Assembly: GCA_032718475.1 (NCBI GenBank)
Contig: JAUCBJ010008887.1
Coordinates: 259-64,258 of the forward strand
Direction: 5' to 3'
DNA length: 64,000 nt
From: Nemertoderma westbladi
Lineage: Eukaryota > Animalia > Xenacoelomorpha
Below the pieces are notes generated by a model. It worked only from the letters and a program-made list of their open reading frames with translations, was not told where the DNA came from and made no database searches. The translations under genes and the position numbers were made by a program. Positions 10,668-22,607 of the stretch are shown here, piece after piece. Position 1 is the stretch's first letter. Every line of letters starts with the position of its first letter.

Positions 10668-11705
10668 GTTTACTCTAAGCATGTAATGTGATGGGATAAT
10701 ATAATTGTTTTAATGTCAATAAAAATAATTAAAACATTAAAATCTATTTTTTTTATATCTCAGTGACTGAAGGTGTAGGGCTTAAGTTTATACTCACAAA
10801 CACACCGTACCTACCAGTAGCCGGCTGTTGTATCAGAGTTGAACTACCAGTAGCTGACTTTACACACATACCGACATATACCAACAACGCTAAACTGTAG
10901 AACGGCAGAATGGCACCGACCGCAACCACAGCGCTTTAGCGTTACCGTACTTACTAATAATAAAATTAAATTAACTCGACATGGGGGTTCGTGAATACAG
11001 CATTAGAGGGACCCACCCAACAATAGGCCTACTGGTACCGACACTGTAGCACTCTTGTACCTGTATACTTGGATAGAGCAAGGGCATGCTGGTTTCTTCG
11101 ATTTAAGGATTAGGCTATTACACTTGAATGCTTCCAATTTTCTGTTTACAACTTTAATTGGTCTAATCTACATTACTGTGGGCTACTACTGTCGCATAGG
11201 CAAGCCTATACAGCTATAGTTAACTTTATGCGGCCCCCTTTTTCGAATGTTGACCCAATATGGTTTGCGGATAGGTAAGGTACACCTTCATTCGGTTAGG
11301 CATATAGGCCTAATGACTACTCCTCAACTGAAAGCTGACTAGCTCATGGACACAATAGGTGTAGTTAGGTACCGGTAGCGCTATTGGACCTATAAAATCC
11401 CCTCGCACTCTCTGTTACTAACTTTCAACATTCACTTTATGACAGTATGTTGTATGCTATACCGTTAACCTTTAGAACACACAGTCGGGAACCCCTCATT
11501 CAACCAGTCATATAAAGGCTCCACTCGGATACAATAGGTGAGGCTCGCCGTATACCTAACTAAGCCTATATAAAATCCACCACATTCTCTGTTACTAACA
11601 TTCACTCTATGTTGACGGGACTATATAAAACATAGTTAGTTTATTTATGTATTCGCTTTTTTTAAATTAGATATAAAATAGGTTCGACCTACTAAGTTTT
11701 ATAAG

Positions 11706-12037
<332 letters not shown>

Positions 12038-12064
12038 CTAAATTTATTACCATATTATACTTTT

Positions 12065-12715
12065 TTATATACCTATATGAGGATCCCTCAGAGGTGTTTC
12101 CCCCTTTACCGGTACCTGTAAATGGTTGTTTGAGGAGTTTATAGGCCTAACTTCTACCGGTCTTTGCATCGGTAGATCGAAGCTGTTTGAGGAGTTTATA
12201 GGCCTAACTTCTACCGGTCTTTGCATCGGTAGATCGAAGCTGTTTGAGGAGTTTATAGGCCTAACTTCTACCGGTCTTTGCATCGGTAGATCGAAGCGAA
12301 GCGTATTATCAACATCATTCTCCCAATTCTCCGAATTTTCACTAGAGGGTGAGCTTCCTGGTATTTGAGGTTGTATCCTTATATTGAGGGTGAAATCTTT
12401 AGAAATTTCAACCTTTGTTGGTGATAAAGGTAGACCTACTCCATATTCTACCGAAGTAAACCCGATCTCAAATTTTTGGTTTATATATCGCAACTCCATC
12501 TCGGCAATATTGGATGCTGAGAGATATGTTTCGTCGCTTGATTGCAAATCGATTTTGATACAACTTTTCAACCCTTGGTTATTAAAAAAGGCGAATGTCA
12601 TCTTCCTTCGAGGTAAGTTGTCGTCGTCGTAACTACCGGTAAGAATATCTTTAAATTGAATAGGTAGGCCTACTGGTATTTTTTTCTTCTTTTGTTTAAC
12701 AAAATTATAGTTCAC
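12065..12715 (-). CDS. Polinton hypothetical protein (probably a 3' exon) with three 57-bp tandem repeats (FDLPMQRPVEVRPINSSNS)
   Basis: Open frame of 216 codons with in-frame repeats at ~12127-12297. It starts at an acceptor-like TTTTCTACCAG rather than an ATG. Confidence 0.5.
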   Translation of the reverse strand: MNYNFVKQKKKKIPVGLPIQFKDILTGSYDDDNLPRRKMTFAFFNNQGLKSCIKIDLQSSDETYLSASNIAEMELRYINQKFEIGFTSVEYGVGLPLSPTKVEISKDFTLNIRIQPQIPGSSPSSENSENWENDVDNTLRFDLPMQRPVEVRPINSSNSFDLPMQRPVEVRPINSSNSFDLPMQRPVEVRPINSSNNHLQVPVKGETPLRDPHIGI

Positions 12716-13287
12716 TGGTAGAAAAATTGAGTTTATATATATTTTTGTAGAGGGTCGCAGATGTGTACATTACAAAATTCTCATAGTTAACAAAATGCAC
12801 AACATAAACCTTTCCCATGCGGATTAGCGATATATGCTCTGTTCATTGTTCTATTCTGAATGTAGGGAGATGCATAGCCGATGTTTTAATGATATGTACC
12901 GGTATACAGACTAGTAACAGATAGGAGGGCATCGTCTTTGACTATGAATACCAGCACATAGCCCTAATCTTTTCTCACTGAGCTTAGCGTTGTCTGCTGC
13001 ACACACACGCACACTCATAAGTAACAGATGCGCTATTGTAGCTCACTCGTGAGCAGCGATGCTTAGTTAGCTAGCTAGCTAGCTACGGCCACGGAGTATA
13101 CTATGCCTACTTGAGTGTTACAAGCAATCGCTCTACTGAAGTTAGTTAGTTAATTTCCCCTCAAACTAGTTGTTGATTTTAAAAAAAATATTCATAAATT
13201 TTTTTTTCCAGCCAATTTAATATATATATATATTTTACAGTAAAAATCTCCACCACCAAACAGCAACAACAATAAATTTCACTCGCA

Positions 13288-13869
13288 CTAATTATATTTT
13301 ACAACAAAAACCCTCGCACCAAACAATAATAAATTATTAACCAGTTTGTTGAATATAGGATAATATATATGAAATTTAAACGGGGAACATATTAATGTAC
13401 ATTTACCAGTGTAGAAGCAGCAAACAACAACATTATTATTTATTCTGACTTTACAGTTATTGAATATTTCGGGATCGTATGAAATTTCTAGTTTAACATT
13501 ATCAAATATAACATAAAACCCGATATTGTTTATAAGTAACCTATAAATTACGGTATCTATACTAAAAATATAAGTACACAAATTGATTGATTTAAAAATC
13601 AAATTAATGTTTGTTTTTTCGAATATATGCTTTTTCACTTTATTAAAATTATATTTTCTACCGAGAATAGTTATTCGACCATTTGTAAACATTAATATGG
13701 TTGCACCAAATACCTTATATATAAACTGATTAGGTTTGAGTACAATTTTACCAGTCAATTGATTTTTTAATTCTTTTAAATTAAGTCCATAAATGATCTG
13801 CTTACAACTTATATTTTTATTTACTATTTGATAATTCATCATCAACACCATCGTCTTTTGGTTCTTCAT
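13288..13869 (-). CDS. TATA-binding-protein-like protein (two TBP repeats)
   Basis: Repeat 1: YQIVN..LNLKEL..ATILMFTNGRITILG. Repeat 2: SINL..ISYDPEIF..VVCCFYTGKCTLI. These parallel TBP IFSSGKMVCTG, SYEPELF and IFVSGKVVLTG. The start overlaps the PolB 3' end. Confidence 0.78.
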   Translation of the reverse strand: MKNQKTMVLMMNYQIVNKNISCKQIIYGLNLKELKNQLTGKIVLKPNQFIYKVFGATILMFTNGRITILGRKYNFNKVKKHIFEKTNINLIFKSINLCTYIFSIDTVIYRLLINNIGFYVIFDNVKLEISYDPEIFNNCKVRINNNVVVCCFYTGKCTLICSPFKFHIYYPIFNKLVNNLLLFGARVFVVKYN

Positions 13870-16800
13870 AAATTGGTATATTTGATATTTTTACAGGTTT
13901 TTTGAGGTTTGTTTTATAGTGCCCCCAAGGAAGTGATTGATTTTTATTAACCCAATAAAGTTTATCATCAAAGCTACTGAGTGCAAATTTATTTTGCTTT
14001 AAGGTATAAATACGATGTAATTTAGATTGAAATCTGTGTATGTTTTTTTTTATTTCTTCATTTGAGTTATATGCTTTTAAATATTCTTCATGTGTAATAT
14101 TCGTTTCCACAACAGCTCTTGTAATACCTTTTGCTCTACGAATATTTTTGTTATTTCATTCCAAAATTGAATATAATTTTGGTCTTAAAAATACTGCTTG
14201 TTTAATTTCACGCGAGGCTAGTTCGTCTTTACAGTAATAGAGTCTGGATTTATTTTTATCGCTGTAGAGAGGGTGATCCTTAGGGTAATTGGAAGTATCT
14301 AAAATATTATTTTTAATTAATGCTTTTAAAAAATTATTCTGCAATGTATTATAGTAACAACCTATTAAAGAGTCGGTATCTGATGCAGCAATTTCAATAC
14401 GGCAGTTTAATTCTTTCTCAATAGGTAGCAATTTATTGTAGAACAGCTCATACATATCCAATTTAGCCAAGTCCAACACAGCGCTACCAATAAATATAGA
14501 CTTATCGAGAGTTACAGAGTCTTTTACTAATAAATGTCCCGATAATGTATTATTGTATATTATAAATTGTTCATAATTAATACGATTTACCAATTGATCG
14601 CATTTATCATTGCTATTTGCGATACGAAAGTTACATCGATCTCTTATCTTTTCTATTGATTTGCCAAATAACGAATTATTGAGCAATTTCGCGACAGCTG
14701 TTTCAATGTAACTTTTTGCTACTCGCCTTTGATTATATTAAAATCTATGTAATTTTTAAATACAAATTCTTGTTGAAAAGAATATAATTTATGTAGTTTA
14801 GTAACAATTAATCCATGTTTTATATAAAATTTTAACAGTTTCAAATGTAAATGATAAAACTCTTTATCAAATTGCGTCAGCAAGAGTTTTGCTGTAGGCA
14901 TCCTATATTTACGGGGGGTACCTCTTTGTATCGATAAGTTATTAAATTGTTCCCTCATATAAGGTGAAAGCATTGATTCATTTATACTTAAATGCTCTGG
15001 AGCTAACGGTAATTGTAATGTTTGATCGTGAATAGCTTTGGGATAATTTAAATCACATATTAAAAAATATCCAGTAGATTCATCAATGTCTAAATCTACC
15101 AAGTACTCGATTAGTTGTTCTGGAATAGCATTCTCTAAATGTTTAATACTTACTTCTTTGAATTGTGAGGTGGGTAGTTTTTTACTTAAATTCCCAGAAT
15201 ATAAAGAGTTGAAATCAATATTAAAAATATGGCATTCTTCCTTAGTAGAATCATATGTACTTGTTCCTGGTATATTTGATTCTATATAATGCTTTCGACA
15301 AAATGAAACACCACCCCTAATTGATTTTTCAAAATCTCTATATGTCTGATAATCCTTTATTAATTCTATTTTACATTTATTATATTTTAGTGCGCAATCA
15401 TAGGTAAATGACGCGATACTACAGTAAAAAACCACTTCTAAATCGTAATTTTGTTTATAAACATTCCTAAAATTCTCAAATATATCAGCAAGCAAACAAA
15501 CATCGAGTTTTAAATAGGCTAAAAGATAATCTTTGAGATTCACGCAGTCGAATTCTATCCATGATAATTCCGCAAACCTATAATCTTCAATTGTGCATGT
15601 TTTTTGACTTAAGTTACTAAAAAAATTATTTATAGATGGCAAACCTGTATCATTAAATTTATTTATATCTGTCAAGTACTCGTATGGAAATACTCCTTTC
15701 CGTTTAATTGTTGAGTTATTCAAGTTTGGATAAAAATATTTCATTTCTTGTAGAGTAATAGGTAAAATTGAGCTTATATCATGACTCGCTACATCCTTTG
15801 TTGAACACTCAACTAAATTACTTAAAGAAAAGCTTAAAAATTGATATGTGTCTAAGAAACGTAACTCAATTTTTTTAGAAGTGTTTTTAATTGGGATAAA
15901 TGCACTCAGTGAAATATATCGTTCTGTATTTCTCGGTGTAACCTTTATATCCCAATCTGTGTATTTCTTATCTCTAAATCCGGTTTGTAATATACAATGT
16001 ATATCGTAGTTGTTGGAATTGTGCCCGCAAAGTACATACAGGTTTCGTTTCAATGATAAACTTCGGTTACAACTATTACAGGCTGCCGCAATATATTTAC
16101 CAGTAATATGTGAATGATGTCTGTTTTTCCCTACATTATTATTTAAAGTAACATTACAATAGAAACAAAATTTTGCTTGTTCAAAATTTACAAAATCAAT
16201 ATTAGTAAATGACATAGTTTTATGAGTGTATATGTCTGACCAACAACATAATTCAGTTAAATCAGTATATAATGAATCTAAGAAATCTTGAATACAATTA
16301 TTATTATTTGTCTTTACAAATGTTTTCAAATGACATTTTGGAGCGTCAAGTAATTCACTATTGGGAACAATTAAATAACTCACCGCACACGGTATATGCT
16401 CCTGTATAAATTGATTATTAATTGAAGGTTGTAAGATACATTCTATATCAAAGTAGGTGACAAACAATGGGGATAAGGTTCTATCTAAATTTGTAAAACT
16501 AATGTGTGTTCTTTTTTTATTAGGTAGTTTCTCTCGTTGACTTCTTCCTTGGTAGCATGCGAGACGGTGTCGATGAAGAACTTCTGCTCGAAAAAAATGA
16601 GCCAAACACCTTTCACAAAATTGCCTACCACGGGTATGAAGAGCTCTCGTATTCAGCAATCGATTCAAGTTAGTTATGCAAACATAATGATTCAGTTTAG
16701 GTACATTGTTATTTTTTACTACAAGTAATATATTTAATAACTGTTTATCAGGTGTAATTTTACTAAATGGAGGTTGTCTTAATATAGATACAGGGGTGTG

Positions 16801-17874
16801 TTTGTTGTCGTTATTCCAACATAGTAAATTAATTATATATTTTGAATTTTGTTTTTCAAAAAGTTTAATCGCTAACTGCCACTCTGTTGGATAATTATTT
16901 TTCCCGTTGTCAAAAATGAAATGACTCATATAATTTTTGTACGACGAAGTACGCTGTTTGTTGTTTTTCACTTTGTTACTAAATTTTGCGGTTATAATAG
17001 CCCATTTGAAACAGTCATTATCAACCGATTGCATATTTATAACACATCGTTTACTCGATAGAACCTTAGGTAATTCCATATATCCATGCCCCTTATAAAG
17101 TAACGACCTACACTTAGATTCCGCTAATTTAATTTCAACCCTTAATAAAGATTTAATACGCCACCCGGAACCACGTGTGTTAAAGATGGCTATTTTTTGT
17201 AATATATTTTCCAGCACATACTCAAACCATGTGTCAAAACTTTGTGATGAATCTACAGTATTAATAGCACCACCGGAAGAATTAAAATAAAAGGTTTCCA
17301 ATTGCTCGCCTTCTGAAAAATATGATCTGTACATTAATACATTTAGACCTAACCACAGTCTAAGAACATTCATTTCTTTCAATCTGTCTAATATTAACTG
17401 AAGAATATTACCTCGAATTTGCGTTAATGCTGTTTCTACATCGGGATAATCTCTAGAAGTTGGGAGTTCGTGGACATAAATTTCAAGACGATTATCGTGA
17501 GCTTCTTGTTCCCGCGTAAAAATTGTTGCGCATGTACCAAGAGCCACCCTTAAGTTTTTTCTAGATAATATATTTTTATGTTGCGGAAATTTACGCTTTC
17601 TTGTGTAGTAACATTTCAAGTGACAGTCGTGTCGTAAATAATTCTCATATGTATACTCTTTATTACAGGTAGAACAAGTCAATTGATAGGTACGGAACTC
17701 CATTTCTTTACAACCAGTAGTTGATTCATGTCGTTTACAAATTTCGCTGCATGAAGTCACGACATGACACTTAAAACAAGAATAACCTTCAAAATGTGAC
17801 CGTAGGTGGCGTAAATAATTATGTCTAGTTACATTCATATGACAGAATGAACAACATATTGTTATTTTATCCAT
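13817..17874 (-). pseudogene. polB: Protein-primed family B DNA polymerase (Polinton pPolB) with N-terminal Zn fingers and an endonuclease VII-like insert; one frameshift and one stop
   Basis: Motifs YFDIE, HNSNNYD, FLDTYQF, RKGVFPYEY, YLKLDV.LLAD, IRGG, DFNSLY, KLLNNSLFGK, DTDS, RPKLY, AKG and ALSSFDDK. A missing A near 14729 shifts the frame, and there is an in-frame TGA at 14156-14158. Confidence 0.95.
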
Positions 17875-18077
17875 GCTGAAGTTTGTTTAGATAAATAATA
17901 ATAATAATAATAATAAAATATCTCCAAAGATTAAAATAAAATGAAATGAAATGATATTGACTATATCTAAATATTTATATGCTAGCGAGTGAAATAATTT
18001 TAAACCAATCACCAAATACCAATCACCAATCGTCTATGGGTATTGGAAACCTCAAAGAGTTTAACTTATGATCAGGT

Positions 18078-19135
18078 TTACATGTTAGGATAATAATCTG
18101 GTTTCCATGGAGAATTAGTAACTGGATCTACTGGAGCTGAGTTAACAGCAACTTTCTGTTTCTTTGCAGGTGATGCGTTGGTAAATTTACTCGATGATCT
18201 TGGCTTCCGAGGTAATATTTCAGGAAAGACCTGTTGCGGTTGAGAGCAACTCTCTTCAACATCCGGATTAGGTGATAGGATCTCTACGAATGCTTTAGGT
18301 TTATCCAAAAGGACAAAACCGTCTACATGGGCTTCAATAAGAGAAACACCATCCATAGCCTCTTTGAGAAAACTAATATGGGCTTTATCATTCAAGTAAT
18401 GCAACTCAATAGAATTTCCACCTGCTCCTACTTCAGTAGAATTATCAGTGTTGGTGATAATAATTTTTTTATTATTGGTTTTAATCATTTTGAGACGGTC
18501 TGATAATTGAATGATATTTTTATCAAAAAGATGCTTGTCTGGTTCATTGATTTGAGTGTCCCACTCTCGCAACAAAACGGTTAGTTCCAGATTTGACAAA
18601 TTGAAACCCATATTATAGTTAAAACCAACACTATCAGCGTATCTGAGGCTGATTTTCCATAAGCCAACATAGTTGGTTCCTTTAAAAGCTGTTACAAATC
18701 CGATAAACTCTGGATTTGATAATTCAATGTAGAATTGATCGCTAATAATCTCTAGCGGTGGTGAGAGAAATTGCAATAATTTCCCTCTGTATTGAATTAG
18801 AACTTCAGTAAAAGCTTTGTTGAGGACTTTACATTTGCCCTGTTTCTGAACGTAAACATCACCCGATGTGGGGTTGATAGAAATATTCAAATTTCCCCGC
18901 GCAAAACGAAGAGTGGGATATATCCTACCTGGTATAATTGCCGGTCTGGATTGATGTTGGTTGTTGTTTCTAGAATGTCTAGCAAATAGCGGGTATCTTG
19001 ATAGGAAAAACAAATTGATTCGTTGTCCTCCTGAGATTCCACAATAAAATACTTGCTGTGAACGGCGGTACAAGTATATTTATTGTAAGTAAATTTCCAG
19101 CTATTTGTTGCCCCGGTTTTTTGCGTTAAGGCCAT
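18078..19135 (-). pseudogene. Polinton protein with a PC4/Sub1-like ssDNA-binding domain; probable frameshift near 18900
   Basis: The ATG ORF 18887-19135 overlaps the non-ATG ORF 18078-19073. FVTAFKGTNYVGLW...GFNLSNLELTVL resembles PC4 (V..FKG..Y.DIR...GISL...EW..L). The C-terminus has an NLS-like PAKKQK. Confidence 0.5.
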
Positions 19136-19334
19136 AACAATAATAAATACGAAAAATATTACAAGTGATAAATGTTAAAATTCACTCTAAAATTGTGTTT
19201 GGATGTAAGGAAGAATTTATAGTATCAATGAATGATAGTACTATAGACTGGTTTATCTAGTGTCACGCTTGCTGTCTTTCACTAATAAGCGTAACACTAG
19301 ATAAGCTAGTCTATATAGGTAGTACTATCATTCA

Positions 19335-21036
19335 ATGGTTGGAAAGCCCACTTTGAAAAGCTCCTCAATAATGACAGGGTATTGCCTGATAACTTTATAG
19401 AAGTAAAAGTGTCTGAGTCTGTACTCCCAGATATTCCCATTGGCGATATCTCCTTTGCAGAAGTGAAGACTGCTGCAAAGAGCATTAAGACCAATCGTGC
19501 CAGTGGAGTAGATGGTGTTCCCCCTGAGGTCTTTAAAATACCTGAGTGTTTAAAGCTCATCTATCCCATCATAGTAGACATGTACCGAACAACAAGAGTC
19601 CCACAAGAAATGAAAACGAATAAGTTGGTGCCAGTTCCCAAGAAGGGCAACCTAACACTCTATGGTTCTTTTCGTGGAATCTCATTGATCTCGATTGCTG
19701 CAAAACTATACAATAGAATTCTATTAAATCGCATCAGGGATCCCATTGAGAGACTGCTACGTGGAAATCAGAATGGGTTCCGTAAAGGTCGTGGGACCAT
19801 GGAGCCCATTTTGGCACTTAGAAGGATAATTGAAGAGTTATCAAAAAAGAAAGACAGGCATCTGGCTGTTATCTTTGTTGACTTCTTCAAGGCCTTTGAT
19901 TCAGTCTCTCGCTCACGTATGTTCAGCATACTTTCATTATATGGGATTCCTGATGAAATTATTGCAGCAATCAGATCAGTATACGATGGTTCGACAACAT
20001 TTGTGTCTACTGTTGACGGTGACACAGAACCATTTGAAGTGTTATGGGGCGTCCTCCAAGGAGACACACTTGCACCATTCTTGTTCATTATTGTGGTTGA
20101 CTATGTTCTACGCATGTCCTTAGATCATCATAATGATGATGGGGTGATAATAACTCCACCTACTGGCTCCAGAAGTCGAGGAAATCCTGCCAAGTACCTA
20201 ACTGATCTAGACTTTGCTGATGACTTAGGAGTACTCTCAGAATCATTAGAGGGAGCCCAGCGGCTCCTCAGCTCATTAGAACATGCTGCTTCTAGTGTTG
20301 GTCTTTTTATTAACTCCAGAAAGACCAAAATTCTGACAGTTAACTTTGAAAGTCCTCAGCAAGTCTCTGATCGGATGAGCATAAGCTCAAAGGATGGTAT
20401 GCTTGAGCATGTGGACGACTTCTGTTACCTGGGATCATGGATCCGGAAGTCAGGTGAGGACCTTCGAATACGTAAGGGAAAGGCATGGGCAGCCTTGAAT
20501 AGGCTTTCCAGGTTTTGGAAGTCACCTAGAATTAATCGGAAACTTAAGGTCCGATTATTTAGAGCAGCAGTAGTTCCAGTACTCCTCTACGGGAGTCCAT
20601 GCTGGGCTCTAACTGCTGAGGACACCAAATCTCTGGATGGCACATTCACAAGAATGCTACGCCGGGTACATTGTGTCAAGTACAATGCACACATCTCCAA
20701 CCAGACACTATATAACATTGGAGGTGTCTCATTGGTTCCCCCAAGCTTGACACTAGAACAAAATCGCCTCCGCTTTGCAGGACATTGCTTTCGCCGTGAG
20801 GACCAGCCAGTGCATAATCTTGTACTTTGGCAGCCTCATGGCGTGAATAAGCATGGTGGACAGCCCATGACTTTCTTGAGACGCATCTTAAAGGACACTG
20901 GCCTTAAAGATGCGGATGATCTAGCAAATGTCATGGGTGATAGGGAGTTGTGGCGGTGCAATTTTGTTGAAAAGCCAGCACAGCATTCTTAAAAATGCAG
21001 CTGCAATGCAGCATGCCGATCCTAGTAGTAGTAGTA
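19335..21036 (+). mobile_element. 5'-truncated RTE-like non-LTR retrotransposon with a (TAG)n tail
   Basis: Target site duplication GTAGTACTATCATTCA at 19319-19334 and 21037-21052, a short 3' UTR and a TAG-repeat tail. Confidence 0.92.
19382..20992 (+). CDS. LINE reverse transcriptase domain (endonuclease part missing)
   Basis: PVPKKG, RGISL, QNGFR, DFFKAFDS, GVLQGD.LAP.LF, FADD, YLGS, and an RTE-like C-terminus (RLRFAGHCFR). Confidence 0.93.
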   Translation: MPDNFIEVKVSESVLPDIPIGDISFAEVKTAAKSIKTNRASGVDGVPPEVFKIPECLKLIYPIIVDMYRTTRVPQEMKTNKLVPVPKKGNLTLYGSFRGISLISIAAKLYNRILLNRIRDPIERLLRGNQNGFRKGRGTMEPILALRRIIEELSKKKDRHLAVIFVDFFKAFDSVSRSRMFSILSLYGIPDEIIAAIRSVYDGSTTFVSTVDGDTEPFEVLWGVLQGDTLAPFLFIIVVDYVLRMSLDHHNDDGVIITPPTGSRSRGNPAKYLTDLDFADDLGVLSESLEGAQRLLSSLEHAASSVGLFINSRKTKILTVNFESPQQVSDRMSISSKDGMLEHVDDFCYLGSWIRKSGEDLRIRKGKAWAALNRLSRFWKSPRINRKLKVRLFRAAVVPVLLYGSPCWALTAEDTKSLDGTFTRMLRRVHCVKYNAHISNQTLYNIGGVSLVPPSLTLEQNRLRFAGHCFRREDQPVHNLVLWQPHGVNKHGGQPMTFLRRILKDTGLKDADDLANVMGDRELWRCNFVEKPAQHS

Positions 21037-21529
21037 GTAGTACTATCATTCATCGATACTAAAAATTCTCCCCCACATCCAAACGAGATTTCCTTTGAGT
21101 TACATAATTACGTTTAGAAACCCAATGTGGGAATCAGTATCATTTATTCGAGTGTTTCCGACCAATGAATATACAACGAGTAAGATAATGTAGAAATTAT
21201 TAAGGAAATGACACAATTTCAGAGTGAGAACAAAAAATTAGATATGGTATCAATATATTACCATGAAGATTACAAGTGATGAATTTTAAATAAAAACATT
21301 CAGTTATATATAAATTTTTGAATACATGATTGTAGATGCGGCATAATCAACGTAGAAGAGATGGGATGTGGCATAATCGACGAATAAGAAAAGAGATGGG
21401 TTGCAATGTGGATGAATGGTTGCGTGGATAGGAAATATGTGAAAGAATATGAATCATTGGGTTGTGCGTAATAATAATCAATAATTATAATAAAAACGCA
21501 CAGTATAATGTTAGTAGTAGCCTTTCAAT

Positions 21530-22003
21530 ATGGCACAGATGCTGAGGGATCGGTTAGCTTGAGTAACTACTATGGAAATGCTCGTATACGTGTAGTTGAC
21601 GCGTGGCGGAATTTCATGTATCATACTGGTTGGTTGGTTGGTTTGGCGACAGCAGTCGAGGAGTTGGCAATCGATATAATATAATATATGCGCGATGCGT
21701 GTAGATGGCCACGTCGTCACTATATACAGTATACAGTGGTGGTGGTAACGTGGCGAAAAGGTGAATAACATTAGGGTTAGTTAGTTAGTCAGTCAGTCAG
21801 TCAGTAGTCGAGTAAGGCAAGGCGGACATCGCGAGGTTAGGCTACGCTACGATTGGATGATGGCAACTGCCGATCGATGGTGACATATGGCGCGCACCGC
21901 AATTTAGCACCGGAATTTGGCATTTTTAATAGCCCTCCGAATGGAATGCCCATAGCCCAAGCTAGGGAGGAGTTACGTCGAGGGCCATGCTTCTCCTACT
22001 ACT
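21530..22003. repeat. Candidate right terminal inverted repeat of the Polinton
   Basis: A GC-richer non-coding block with short microsatellites, ending in CTACTACT (the AGTAGT-type Polinton terminus). The partner TIR is not visible and the inner boundary is approximate. Confidence 0.5.
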
Positions 22004-22607
22004 AGTACATACTGTACTCTATGTGTATCGCTATCAATCGTGTTTCTAGAATATAATCGCAATACACTGATATTATCATAAATGCGTTTAAATCCGATGT
22101 GAAATAATTTCAGGATTAAAAAACTGTGGAGATGGTTTAAGCATTTTACAGAAAGAATAAAGTCCAAAACTTGTAGCCCTAATAACATTCGTGAATACAG
22201 TAGGCCTAGACCTATAATCCAAGGAAGACGACCCCTACAGTGTCGCTATAAACGAATAAAAATAATCTTAAACAGTGAACATTACATTGTTGTGTCAAAC
22301 TAATAATATAAATATCTCAATCTTTATAACTAAAATTAGCCTACATCAAACAATAGTAAACTGTATGCTGTTACTGTAGCTAGTGAATGTTGTTAGCGTT
22401 GCCTAGCGATAAAGTGAAACAGAAAGTGGAACAGTAAATCAGAGCGTTTAAACTAAGATTTTCCCGCGATGGTGTATAAACCCCTCAATCTCAGCCGGAA
22501 CTCGATCAATTTAAAAACGAGATTCGTGATCAGCACACCTTTTTACATTTTATGAACGTGTTTATTGAAAATTTTTTTTGAGTCACAAACCCTATTAATC
22601 ATAAATT

